Source of the DNA: Mobula birostris
Lineage: Eukaryota
NCBI RefSeq assembly: GCF_030028105.1
Contig: NC_092379.1
Coordinates: forward strand, 20,871,309-20,935,308
Direction of reading: 5' to 3'
DNA length: 64,000 bases
The notes under the pieces were generated by a model. That model searched no databases. It saw nothing but the letters and a program-made list of their open reading frames with translations, and had not been told where the DNA came from. This document shows positions 38,450 through 51,180 of this stretch, piece after piece (position 1 is the stretch's first letter; every line of letters starts with the position of its first letter). The position numbers were made by a program, and so were the translations under genes.

Positions 38450-41400
38450 TCTCTTCGTATCATCTGCAAACTTGGACATAAAAGCCATCAATTCCATTAT
38501 TCAAATTATTGACATTTGACATGAAAAGAAGCAGTTGCAACACAGACCCTTGTGAAACACCACTATTCACTGGCAGCTAACCAGAAAAGACCCTCTTTTC
38601 TTTGCCTACTGCCAATCAGCCAGTGTTCCATCCATGCCAGTATCTTTCCTGGAATACCATGGCTTCTAAGGCAAGACGCATAAAATGCTGAAGGAGCTCA
38701 GCAGGCCTGGCAGAATCTGTGAAAAAGAGTCAACAGTCAATGTCTCAGACTGATGAAGGCTCTTGGCCTGAAACATTGTTTGTTTACTCTCTTCCATAGA
38801 TGCTGCCTGCCTTTAGAATATTTCTTCTTTGGGATGCATCTATCTTGCAGCTTCTAAGCTTGTTCTCAGAATCACCAGCCATTGCTGCTCTGCCATCATC
38901 CCTGCTAGTGTGCCCTTCCAATCAATTTTGTCCTGCTCCTCTCAATGTCTTCTGCACTATCCACAACTCCACCAGTCTTGGAATCATGCACAGATTTATG
39001 AATCAACCCATCTGCATTTTCATCCAGATCAATTATATACATTACAAATAATGTAAGTTTCAGTACAGACACCTGTGAAACTCCACTAATCACAGACCTC
39101 CAGGTTGCCATGCTGAACATGTTCCTTCAACCACTACCCTCTATCTTTTATGTGTAAGCCAGTTCTGAATCCAAGAAGATAATTTTCTGCATATTCCATG
39201 CATCTTAATCTGCTGGATTAGCTTCCTATGGGGGACTTTGTCAAATACCTTACTAAAATCCGTGTGGACAGCATCCACTGCCCTGCCCTCATCAATCTGT
39301 TTTGTCACCTTGTCGAAAAACCTAATGAAGTTGCTAAGGCACGACTTGCCCCACAGAAAGCCGTGCTAGCTCTCTCTATTTAGGGTATGTGTTTCCAAAT
39401 GCTCAGATAATCTATCCCCAAGACTTTTCTTCAGCAATTTCCCTTCAACTGACGTGAGACTCACCCGTCTATAGTTCGCAGAATTTTCTCTTGTTCACTT
39501 CTTAAAGAGAGGTACAACATTAGTCTTTATGGATTGTAGCAAGGCATTTGATAAGGTACCCCATGCAAAGCTTATTGAGATAGTAAGGCAGCATGGGATC
39601 CAAGGGGACCTTACTTTGTGGATCTAGAATTGACTTGCTCACAGAAGGCAAAGAGTTGTTTAGACACATCATATTCTGCATGCAGGTTGGTGACCAGTGG
39701 TGTGCCTCAGGGATCTGTTCTGGGACCCTTACTCTTCATGATTTTTATAAATGACTTGGATGAGGAATGTGTTAGTACGTTTGCTGATGACATAAAGGTT
39801 AGAGATGTTGTGGGTAGTGAGATGGCTGTCAGAGTTTACAGCGGGACATCGATAGGATGCAAAACTGGGCTGAGAAATGGCAGATGGAGTTCAACTCAGG
39901 TAAGTGTGATGTGGTTCATTTTTGTCAGTCTAATATGATGGCAGAATATAATATTAATGGTAACACTCTTGGCAGCGTGGAGGATCAGGGGGATCTTGGG
40001 GTCCGAGTCCATAGGACACTCAAAGCTGCTACAGAGGTTGACTGTGTGGTGAAGAAGGCATATGGTGCATTGGCCTTCATCAACTGTGGGATTGAGTTCA
40101 AGAGCCGAGAGATAATATTACAGCTGTATAGGACCCTGGTTAGACCCCATGGAGTACTGTGCTCAGTTCAGGTCACCACACTACAGGGAGAATGTGGAAA
40201 CTATAGAAAGGGTGCAGAGGAGATTTACAAGGATGTTGCCTGGATTGGGGAGCATGCCTTATGAGAATAGGTTGAGTGACCTTGGCCTTTTCTCCTTGGA
40301 GCGACGGAGGATGAGAGGTGACCTGATAGTGGTGTACAAGAGGATGAGAGGCATTGATTGTGTGGATAGTCAGAGGCTTTTCCCCAGGACTGAAATGGCT
40401 AAAACGAGAGGGCACAGTTGTAAGGTCCTTGGAAGAAGAGTCAGAGGAGGAGATGTCGGGCGTAAGTTTTTACGCAGAGAGTGGTGAGTGTGTGGAATGG
40501 GTGGCTGGCGATGGTGGTGTAGGCGAATACAATAGGATGTTTTAAGAGGCCCCTGGATAGGTATATGGAGCTTAGAAACTTAGAGGGCTATGGGTAACCT
40601 GAGGTAATTTCTAAAGTAAGTACATGTTTGGCACAGCTTTGTGGGCCACAGGGCTTATATTGTGCTGTAAGTTTTATATGTTTCTATGTCACATTAGTCC
40701 TGAGGACTTAACCACCTTAATCCTTTTTTAGAGGCCCAACAATTCCTTTGCCTTTACCTCTAAATGCCCTCATTTATTTATACACTCAGCACTGATCTCC
40801 TGGTCCTCCACATCTTTTTCCTTTGTAAATATTGAAGCAAACAACTCATTAATTACCTCACTCACATTCACTGCATCCAAGGAAATGTTCCTCCCTTTAT
40901 CATTGAGTGGTCCCACCCTCTCCCTAGTTATCCTCTTCGTCTTGATGTATGTATAAAATGCCTTGGGATTCTCCTTAATCCAATTTATCAAGGCCATTTC
41001 ATGGCCTCTCCTGGCTTTCCTAATCCCCTTTAGTTCCTTTCTGGCTTCTTTATACCCCTTGTGTGCTTTGTTTCAACCTTCTGAAGCTGTACATACTTTA
41101 TCTTTTTCTTCTTGACTAAATTCATCTCCTCTCTGGACATCCAAGTTTCTCTTGTCTTTCCATCCTCATCCTTCCTTCTGACAGGAACATACCTTTCCTG
41201 CACTCTGTGCAATTGCTCTTTAAACACCCTCCACATGTCTGATGTCCCAATTAACACTTCGTAGTTCCTTCCGAATGCCCTTGTAAATTGCCCTACGCCA
41301 ATTTGAAATTCTTCCGCAAGGATAATACCAATCCTTATCGATAGCTATTCTGAATGTTAATGAGTTGTCACTGTTCCCTTACTGTTCACCCACTGAAAGG

Positions 41401-44400
41401 TCAGTCACCTGGCCAGGCTCATTCCCCAACACCACGAACAGAATGGCCCCCTCCTTTCATTGGACTGTACACATACCAATTTAAGAAACCTTCCTGGGTG
41501 TACTTAACAAATTCAGCCCTATCGGAATCCCTTACACTAAGATAGTTCCGTTTTATCTTAGCGAAGTTAAAATCCCCCATGACAACAACAATATTATTTT
41601 ACACTTTTCCTGAACCTAATTTCATATCCATTCCTCAACGTCCCAGTGGCTTTTAGGGGGTCTGTAGTACAATCCCATCAGTGTGATTGCACCCTCCTTA
41701 AAGAACCTGGTACATTAATCACCCATTCCTGCCCCTCTCTTGACCAAGTTTCTGAAATGCCTACAAGATTATAGTTCCACAAACTGATCCAAGATCTAAT
41801 TTCATCATGGCTGAAGGATGGCTGACACTGGGAGCTGAATGTCCAAGGATATACGGTGTATCGGAAAGATACGTTGGTGGGCAGAGGGGATGGTGTGGCT
41901 CTGTTTATAAAAAATAATAACAAATCATTAGAAAGAGATGACATAGGATTGGAAGATGTTGAGTCTGGGTTGAGTTAAGGAATGGCAAGGGTAAAAGGAC
42001 CTCAATGGCAGTTGTATACAGGCCTCCAAACAGCAGCCAGGATGTGGATTAAAATTACAGCAGGAGAAAGAAAAGTCATTTGCAGTATATCGGGCAAATA
42101 GGTGTAGTGAAAATTATGGCTGAGAAGGTGCTCAGGAAGCTAAATGGTCTGAGGGTGGGTAAATCTCCTGCACCTGATGGAATGCAGCCTCGGGTTCTGA
42201 AGGAAGTAGCTCGAGAGACTCCGGAGGTAATAACAATGATCTTTCAAGTATCGATAGATTCTGGAATTGTACCAGATGACTGGAAAATTGCAAATGTTAC
42301 TCCACTATTAAAGAAGTTTGGGAGGCAGCAGAAGGGAAACTATAGACCTGCTAGCCTGACATCAGTGGTTGGGAAGTTGTTGTAATCGATTGTTAGGGAT
42401 GAGATTACGGAGTACCTGGAGGCACATGTCAAGATAGGCCAAAGCCAACATGGTTTCCTGAAAGGAAAATCCTGCCTGACTAACCGACTGCAAATTTTTG
42501 AGGAAATTACAAGTAGGGTAGACAGTAGAGATGCAGTAGATGTGGTGTACTTGGATTTTCAGAAGGCCTTTGACAAGGTGCCGCACATGAGGCTGCTTAG
42601 CAAGATAAGAGCCCATGGAATTACAGGGAAGTTACCAGCATGGGTGGAGCATTGGCTGATCGACAGAGAACAGAGAGTGGGAATAAAGGGATCCTATTCT
42701 GGCTGACTGCCGGTTACCAGTGGAGTTCCACAGGGGTCGGTGTTGGGACCGCTGCTTTTCATGATGTATGTCAATGATTTGGACTGTGGGATTACTGGAT
42801 TTGTGGCTAGCTTTGCCGATGACATAAAGATAGTGGAAGAGCGGGTAGTGTTGAGGAAACAGAGAGTCTGCAGAGAGACTTAGATAATTTAGGAGAATGG
42901 GCAAAGAAATAGCAAATGAAATACAATGTTGGGAATTGTACGGTCATATACTTTGGTGGAAGAAATAAATCGGTAGACTATTATTTAGATGGGGAGAGAA
43001 TGCAAAATGCAGAGGTGCAAAAGGACTTGGGAGTCCTTGTGCAGGATACCCTAAAGGTTAACCTCCAGGTTGAGTCTGTGGTGAAGAAAGAGAATGCAAT
43101 GTTGGCATTCATTTCTGGAGGTATAGAATATAAGAGCAGGGATGCGAGGCTCTATAAGGCACTCGTAAACCACACTTGGAGTATTGTGTGCAGCTTTGGG
43201 CTCCTTCTTTTAGAAATAATGTACTGACATTGGAGAAGGTTCAGAGAAGATTCACGAGAATGATTCCAATAATGAAAGGGTTTCCGTACGCGGAATGTCT
43301 GGCAGCTCTTGAGCTGTATTCCCTGGAGTTCAGGAGAATGAGGGGGATCTCATAGAAATATTCTGAATGTTAAAGGCCTGAACAGATTAGACATGGCAAA
43401 GTTATTTCCCATGGTTGGGGTGTCTAGGACAAGAGGGCACATATTCAGGATTGAAGGACATCCATTTAGAACAGAGATGCAGATAATTACTTTAGTCAGA
43501 GGGTGGTAAATCTGTGAAATTTGTTCCCACAAGTGGTTGTGGAGGCCAAGTCATTGGGTGCATTTAAGGCAGAGATTGATATGTTCTTGATTAGCTGGGA
43601 CATCAAAGGGTATGGGGAGAAGGCAGGGGAGTGGGGATGATTGGAAGAATTGCATCAGTCTATGATTGAATGCTGGAGCAGACTTGATGGGCCAAATGGC
43701 CTATTTCTGCTCCTATATCTTCTGGTCTTATGGTCTTGTCACCCTTACCTATAATACTCCCAGCATTAAAATATACGCACTCCAAACTATCTGACCTATC
43801 ATACCTGTTACTTCAATTTTGCCTTTCAATACCTTTCCTGACATCTAACTTCTGTCAGGTCCTTCCCCTACTGACCTGGGGCTCTGGTTCTCAGCCCTTG
43901 CAACATGAGCTTCAACTCTCCCAAGTAGCATCAGCAAAGCCAGGATATTGGTTCTTCTCCAGTTCAGGTGCAATCAGTCTCAATCAACCTGAATATTGAA
44001 ATGCATGATGACTATCCTAACATTGCACTTTTGACGTGTATTTTCTGTCCTCCATTGTAAATTGGAGACCACATCTTTGCTATACTGTTTGCAGGTCTGT
44101 ATATAACTCCCATCAGGGTGTTTCACCCTTGCAGATTCCTAGCTCTACCCAGAGCGATTCTACACCTTCCGATACAATGTCACATCTTTCTAATGATTTA
44201 ATTTAATTTTTTACCAACACAGCCACACCACGCCTTCTGCCTACCTCCCTGTCCTTTCGATACAATGTGCTTCCTTGGACATTAAGCTGACAGCGGTAAT
44301 CTTCTTTCAGCCACGATTCAGTGATGGCCAGAAGTTATACATGCCAATATGTAGCTGGGCTTCAAGCTCATCAAGCTTATTCTGTATACTGTGTGCATTC

Positions 44401-44710
44401 AAATATAACACCTTCAGTCCCGTATTCATCACATTTTAAAATTTTGTCTCCTTTTACATTGCAACTCATTCCGTTAACTGCAATTTTACCTGATCATCAG
44501 CTTCTTCTTACTCGCAGTCTCACTACACACTGCCTCTGTTTGTAAACCAATGATTTGATCCTCTTCCCTATCACATCATTTCCCATCACCCTGCCAAATT
44601 TGTGTAAACTCTTCTGAACAGCTCCAGCAAACCTGTCTGCAAGGATATTTGTCCCCTGTGGATTCAGGTGTAACCTGTCCCTTTTGTACAGGTCATAACT
44701 TCTGCTTATC
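38450..44710. mobile_element. Mosaic of CR1 LINE fragments in both orientations (about 39520-40690 plus, 40690-41810 minus, 41810-43737 plus, 43740-44710 minus)
   Basis: [32 protein letters not shown], tails tcttatggtctt and tttctatgt, and the ORF1 end DRLHLNPQGTNILA. Confidence 0.88.
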
Positions 44711-44890
44711 AAGGCCCAGAGGCTCGGAGCAAAGAGGAAAGGTGTAAAGTCCCAGGGGTTGTGAAGGCCTCAGACTGCGTTGTCTGTTGATTGTGCTGTC
44801 GTTGGGATTGCGGTGTCAGAGAATGCAATGTGAGGTAAGGAAGGTGAAAGTTTGTGTTTCATGGGATGTCTCTGTTAGTCAATTAGTTAC

Positions 44891-45033
44891 CTTGACAACG
44901 GTGACGAAGGTGCTGTAGAGGAAACTGATGATGAACAGAAAGGCAAAGGCAGCAACTGTAAGCACATTGTCATCTCCACCCACGTGTCCCTGTTCTTCCT
45001 TCCCCTCCTCTCCTGTCAAGTCTGTGCAGGTTT
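44891..45033 (-). CDS. Ig heavy-chain transmembrane exon TM1 (IgW/IgNAR class), open
   Basis: Acceptor tctttcag| in phase 1; 143 nt encoding (E)TCTDLTGEEGKEEQGHVGGDDNVLTVAAFAFLFIISFLYSTFVTVVK; donor |gtaact; conserved antigen-receptor TM motif (F-L-F..S..YST.VT..K). Confidence 0.92.
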
Positions 45034-47006
45034 CTGAAAGAATAGAGAAAGTGAGACGGTTAGTTTCTTGTTAATATTTCTTGAAGATCAACATGGCAAT
45101 AAAGTTGAGTAAACTTGATGACTTGAGTCTTGTTTCTTCACAGCATGTCACTTGTAACCTGGGAGCCCCTGAACAGAACTAAATGAAGTAGTTTCTCCGA
45201 TTCAACTCTGTTCGCTCCGCTACAAGTATTAACCAGATCTTCAATTAGTGTTCATTAACCATCATCCCAACTTGTAATTTACTCTGGGGAGTGCATGTAT
45301 GTTCAGCAGTCCCTCCAAAACAGTTTGTCCAAAGACCTGGAGTTGGTTCCTGCCTATTCATTTCATCGATTATTATCTCTGTAGTTAAAGCCTTCCAGAT
45401 GCTGACAGATCTGCCAGCCTTGTGTGAGTGGCAAAGATTGTTTATCTGTGTTTCTGCCCAATATCTGAACGAGGAATAAATCTAGTGAACAGTGTTAGCA
45501 CTGAATACATTGCTGCAGGTCACAAGGCAACACTGCCAACATATTGTCCCTTCTTTCTGTAACTCTCCACTTTCTGAATGAGGTCACCAAATGCCTTCAC
45601 AAAGTTGATGAAATATTTTCCCTGTCTATTAACCTTTGAAACTGTGGACCAATCTGCAATGTTCTATCATTTGCACAGTGGAAACTATGATACACATATA
45701 CCTATATCTACTTGAATGTCTGTCTGTCTGCTTATACAATGAAGGACAGAATCAACCAGGCAACACTTCCAGCCCCTCAGGTTTAAGTCACACACTTGTA
45801 TCCCAAAACATACCGGCACGGAACCCCGGCAGCCGAATGCTTTCCAGACTTTCTTTAATGAACTTTGATTACACAAATGCAGGTTGACATTTAACCCCTC
45901 AAGTCATCAATGCAAGTTTCCAACAGGATCAGACCTGACACAAGAAATTTTTAACAAAAACTGCAGAATCTCAGAGATGTTGATCATTTATTTTGATGTA
46001 TTTAATCATGAAATATATATTTCCATTTTGAGCTTATGAGAAAGGACTTGCAGTTAATCTTGCTTGTTTCAGTGACATAAACCACACTGTTGTAGGATCA
46101 ACCATCAATTGAAGATTGACAATTGGAGTTGTTGGCCACTCTGTCCATGGGAATCTCTGCTGCAGAGAACCCAGTGACCCAACTTCTTTCCATCTTATCT
46201 GGTGGGGAAGGGTAACTTTAGAGGGCTCATGTTGTGAATGGACTTTTTTATTCATATAATGTTTTCCTGGAATATTCTGCTCTTACACCATCCAGGCCAA
46301 TGTTTACACCATGAGTGATCTCTCCGCATCTAAAATGTAAAGGCTTTTTACTTTTGGAAATGAAAGATAAATTGTGGAAAGTGTTCAGTGGGTTAGAAAA
46401 CACTTGTGAACAGAGAAAGGGATAACATTGAGGTAGCATCACAAGTGTACTCTGTACCATTGCTTCAGCACTAGTTCTGTGTCTGGCTGAGTACTGTGCA
46501 TCTCTCTGGTTTACTGGAGCTCAACAACTGTCTGGTGTCCAGTTACATTCCACAATGTCTGCTCCAGTGAAACTCAGTTCCTCCAGTTCTGCTGACAGAT
46601 AGACTTGCTTCATGTCTCCAAGACGTTGGTGTGCAAACATTGACCCTGCAGTCATTATTTCATCATTCCCTCACTGACAAGGCCAGCATTCCTTGCTCTG
46701 CTCCAGCAGGTCCGTCAGAGAGCAGTGAAGAGTTTGGTGTGGGACTGATGGATACGGGTAAACAGGGTAGGAAGGCCAGTGTCCTTTACCAAAGAACATC
46801 AGTGAAATAGTTTGTAATCTAAAACTAGCTTGAAGCATCGGATGAACTCTGAACTCTGCTTCTTTCCCACTCTCTGCCTCTGCATTATTAATCCACTCAC
46901 ACAACTACAACAATGTCAGACTTGCCGTTACCTATTGACCTTGCTTGTCCCTGGGTTGTGGCTGTGGCAGAGGATGTCAACAGTGGAGTGAATCTCAGAA
47001 TCATAC

Positions 47007-47331
47007 CTTGAATGTTTTTCACATCCTGCCTGACACTGGTTTTGGAGGGGGGAATGAGACACTGTGCATCTGAAAACTGAGCCTTCCTTCCACTCCTCTG
47101 TGCTCACGGTCAGGACGTAGCTGGCAATGAAAGTTCCTGCCTGTTCCAGAGCAGTTGGTCTCACACTGGTGTTGGAAGAGATCAGAGAGTCCCCTTTCTC
47201 CCAGGTGACGGTTATTTGGTCCGGGTAGAATACAGAGGCAACACACTCGAGGGTGACCGTGTTCCCACTCTTGGTCTCTCCCTCTGGCGGTGGCAGCAGT
47301 CTGACTTTGGGACTTTTTGTCTCCAGTGGAA
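47007..47331 (-). pseudogene. Ig heavy-chain C exon B (IgNAR C3 / IgW CH4-like), +1 frameshift
   Basis: PLETKSPKVRLLPPP...TLECV..FYPDQITVTWEK...PTALEQ...EEWKEGSVFRCTVSH. The exon is 325 nt (in-frame would be 324), with an extra base in a C6 run (47047-47052). Correcting it gives HPPSKTSVRQDVKNIQ G|gtatga. Confidence 0.9.
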
Positions 47332-47414
47332 CTGATGGGCAAACAATGGAAATGTCAAACATTTTTACTGAGGTAGCCAATGTCGTCCATTTTAATCGCT
47401 GACCTCTTTCCCAC

Positions 47415-47716
47415 CTCTGGTACTTTTTGTCCGTGCTGATACTGGTGAGGTTGAAAAACGTTGTTTGGCAGAGCAAGTGTACTACACCCCACTGGTCCAC
47501 TTCTCCACGCTGGTCCGGAATTGGCTGATCACTGTGTCTTGGGTTACTTTCTCTCTCGGTTTTTGGTCACATTTGCTTTGATTTTCTCCCTCTTGTTCAC
47601 CTGCCAGTGGATTTGGACCTGGCTCAGATCAACACCCACAACCACACACACCAGAGCAGCAGTCTGGTTGATCCACATCCCTTCAATGGAGGGATTTTGG
47701 ATAAAGACAGACAACT
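47415..47716 (-). pseudogene. Ig heavy-chain C exon A (IgNAR C2 / IgW CH3-like), -1 frameshift and TAG stop
   Basis: LSVFIQNPSIEGMWINQTAALVC...WQVN...SVEKWTSGV*YTCSAKQ; 302 nt versus 303 in copy 2; TAG at 47484-47482; 83-bp intron to exon B. Confidence 0.92.
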
Positions 47717-48559
47717 CTGTAGATTAGAAATAGAAAATTTACAAACTGGACAATATTTGCTGTCAGCTGGCTAGACAACTTCAGCTCAGACTTATCGTAA
47801 AGCTCAATTTGTACAGAATTGTACATTGGAATGAAATCAGGTTTGTTTACAGAATGGGTTTGCTCATCTCTGCTTACAACCTTTGACTGAAAAAACAAAA
47901 TCAAACATCAAGGAGCTTATTTCCTCGGGACCCTTTCGGGTCACTGCGTGGACTGTGGGATAGTTGCCCAGTTACATGACATTTAGCTGCTGGAATGCCA
48001 ATAAAATGTGCTATCAGAGCTGTGAATTGCAATGAGAGATGCTGTTTCAGATCAAAGACAAAATTTCTTGAAATCTCCTTGTCTTGGTGCATGTAGATCC
48101 ATTTGTGACATTGAGCTGAATCAAGGACTGCCACATATCTGTTCAGACTGAGCCTGGGATTCCTCCAGATTGAAAATTCTGATGCTGACTTTCGAATCCC
48201 TCATGAAAAATCTCTCTTTTCAGCTCTGCAACTTGCCTGCTGCAGTCAATGATCTTGCTTTGTTCCAGTTGTCCTGCTCACTTCATCTATTTTCACCTCT
48301 ACACTTTAAACCTCCCTGCCATTCTATTTACTGTGGAGTCTGCTTTTCATTTGCTGGACACTCATAGACATGGCTTTGTGTCCCATCATCCACATCATTA
48401 GTAATATCAGTGAATAGTTGCAGGGCCGACAAAGATCATTGCAGGACACTGTTCACGATTAAATCCTGCTGGGTTCAGTCCCCTGTCACATGACACAGTG
48501 ATAATGGAGTTGTTGATGAATGATTGCAAACAATTTCAGTCCATTAGTCTACAGCAGAT

Positions 48560-51180
48560 CCAGGCATGGTGTGGGGACAGCCACCTCAGGCCAGCATCGG
48601 ACAGTCACTGGAAGAGCTGAGCACCATGATCAGTAAACACGAAATAGCACATCCCGATTTGAACCAGGACATCTTGAGGAAGTTTCTGAACAATGACCAC
48701 TAACATATCTCCTGTGGAACCAGAGGAGCCAACACTTGACCACTGTGATACCACCATCAACAACGGTTACCGTGCCAGCACATGGCCACACTTTGGTAGG
48801 GCCGATCACCTGGCTGTACTTCAACTCCCGGCATATAGGTAGAGACTAAAGACCACAGTGCTGGTAGTGAGGACCAAGAAGATATGGTCAAGGAAGGCAG
48901 AGGTGTGCTTACAGGAATTTGAGTTGGTGAGCTAGACAATATTCAGAGATTTATCTTCAAATCTGAATAAATATGCCACAGATGTCAACGACTTCATCAA
49001 GATCTATGAGGATAAGTGTGTGCCTTCGAGTATATCCCTGACATACCCAAATCAAAAGCTGTGGATGGACCAGGAGGTTTGTAGTCTGCTGAGGGCTCAA
49101 CCTATGGCAGTCAAGGCTGGTGACCCAGTATTAGACAAACAGCCCAGGTATGACCTGCAGAAAGCTATTTTAAGATTAAATAGACACATCTTGGTCAAAA
49201 TGGTGTCAGTGTGTAATGCCCCCTCAGTCAATGTCTTCCTGACAGCTCATGAAAATATCATTTTTGGTCCTTTAAGTCCGTTTTTCTCCTTAAATATATT
49301 TTTGGGACTGTTAGAGTTTGAGACTGCAATTTAGATTGGAGATTGTTTCACTGATCCAGCACTTTGCTGTCTCAGAGAAGATTCCGAAAATGTACTCAGA
49401 TGGCCTCGATGCGATGAAACATCAAGCCAACGATTGACTCCATTTTGCTATTTAAAGCGTCCATTAAGCGAGCCAGAGTTTTGGCGCTGACTGCCTGTCC
49501 TTTGATTGCTGCTGAAGATGGATTCTGTGAGCGGCCTGTTGCTGTGTGTCTCGCTGTGACAGGCGGGTCGGCCTCTCTGCCTCGTGTGGTGTCCCTCTCT
49601 TTCTCTTTCGATGAATGTTGGTGATATCAGAGATGGTATTGTAGATCTGTATTTATGGACTGAGGACGTTTTCAGACTTAACCTTTTTATGTTCTGTGTT
49701 TTTATCGCTCGTTCCTCTTCCATTTGTTGTACGGGGGGAGGGTGTTTGCGGGTCGTTGTCCTGTTCGGTTTTTGTGCAGGGGAGGGGTTGTTGTTTTGTT
49801 CCTGTTCCATTTTGTGAAGGGAGAGGCTGGTACTGGGGGGGATTGATGATCGGATGCTGTTTTTGTTGGTGGTGGAGGGGAAGGGGTGGTTTTGATATTT
49901 CTCTCTGAAAGACTTTCATATTCTTTCTTGTTTTCATGGCTATCTGAAGAACACAAATTTCAAGTTGTATGTGGATACAGGCTTTGATAATAAATGAACC
50001 CTTGAACAATTCCAATTGAACTTAGAGAAGGAATCAGATCCCCTTCAGCTCTGGCAGACTTTTCAGGCCATTACTTCCTACAAGGTGAAACCTAACAACA
50101 TGAATGGCAGTGATGCTTCATTCCCAGATGAGCTCAACGCCATTTAAGCACACTTTGAAAGGGAGAATGAAACTACATGTGGGTAAATCCCTGCAGTGTC
50201 TGGTGACCCTGTCATCTCTGTCTCGGATGCCAACGTCAGAGCAGCTTTCAAGAGGGTGAATCCTCACACTGAATCAGGCCCTGATGCTGTGCCTGGTACG
50301 GAATTGAAAACGTGTGCAACCAACTGGTGGGAGTGTTCAGGAACATCTTCAATATCTCACTGCTGCAGTCAGAGGTTCCCATCTGTTTCAAAAGAGTGAG
50401 AATCATACCAGTGCCCAAGAAGAGCAGGGTGAGCTGTCTCAATGACCATCGCTCAGTTGCACCCACATCTACTGTGAGGAAATGCTTTGAGAGGGTGGTC
50501 ACGGCCAGAATCAACTCCTGCTTAAGCAAGGACCTGGACCCCTGCAATTTGCCTGTTGCCACAATAGGTCTACAGCAGATGGAATCTGACTGGCTCTCCA
50601 CTCGGTCTTGGATCACCTGGACAATAACAATACCTGCTGAACGTCTGGATGTTGTTTACTGATTACAGCTCAGTGTTCAACACAATCATAACCTCAGTTC
50701 AAATCAATAAACTCCAAAACCTGGGCCTCCAGACCACCCTCCACAACTGGATCCTTGACATCCTCACCGGGAACCACAGTCAGTGTGGATCTGAATGAGC
50801 ATCTCCTCCTCACTGACAATCAACACTGGAGCACGTCAAGGATGTGTGCTTGACCCACTGCTCTACTCTCTCTGCACCCACAACTGTGCGACTAAGTACA
50901 GCTCAAGTGGCATTTATAAATTTACTGTTGAGCTATTGTAGGCTGAGTTTCAGGGTGATGAGGAGGCATACAAGAGCAGGATAGATCAGCTGGGTAAATG
51001 GTGTTGTAACAACAACCTTACATTCAACGTCAGTAAGATGAAGCAATTGATTGCAGGCTTCAGGAAGGGGAAGTCATGGGAACACACATCAGTCTTCATT
51101 GAGGGATCAGCAGTGGAAAGGTTGAGCAGTTTCAAGTTCCTGGGTGTCAAAATCTTTGAATATCTGTCCTGGGTCCAACA
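48560..51180 (+). mobile_element. Long degenerate Rex1/Babar-type LINE, interrupted (about 49350-50010) by another LINE 3' UTR
   Basis: IFNISLLQSEVPICFKRVRIIPVPKKSRVSCLNDHRSVAPTS; endonuclease-region remnants upstream. Confidence 0.75.

Larger units (their letters stand above)
46088..48357. repeat. Direct segmental duplication, copy 1 (partner 61473-64000)
   Basis: Colinear match from tgttgtaggatcaacc to ...catttgctgg, about 90% by eye. Confidence 0.95.

Noticed and set aside
46897-47006. Read-through after exon B (GMILRFTPLLTSSATATTQGQARSIGNGKSDIVVVV-stop) as a secretory tail
   Set aside because: It has no N-x-S/T or penultimate Cys pattern like known tailpieces, and the nearest AATAAA found is about 900 nt away (45992-45987). 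More likely intron.
48494-48535. CACAGTG as a V(D)J recombination signal
   Set aside because: No convincing nonamer at 12 or 22/23 nt, and no V/D/J-like coding sequence is adjacent.
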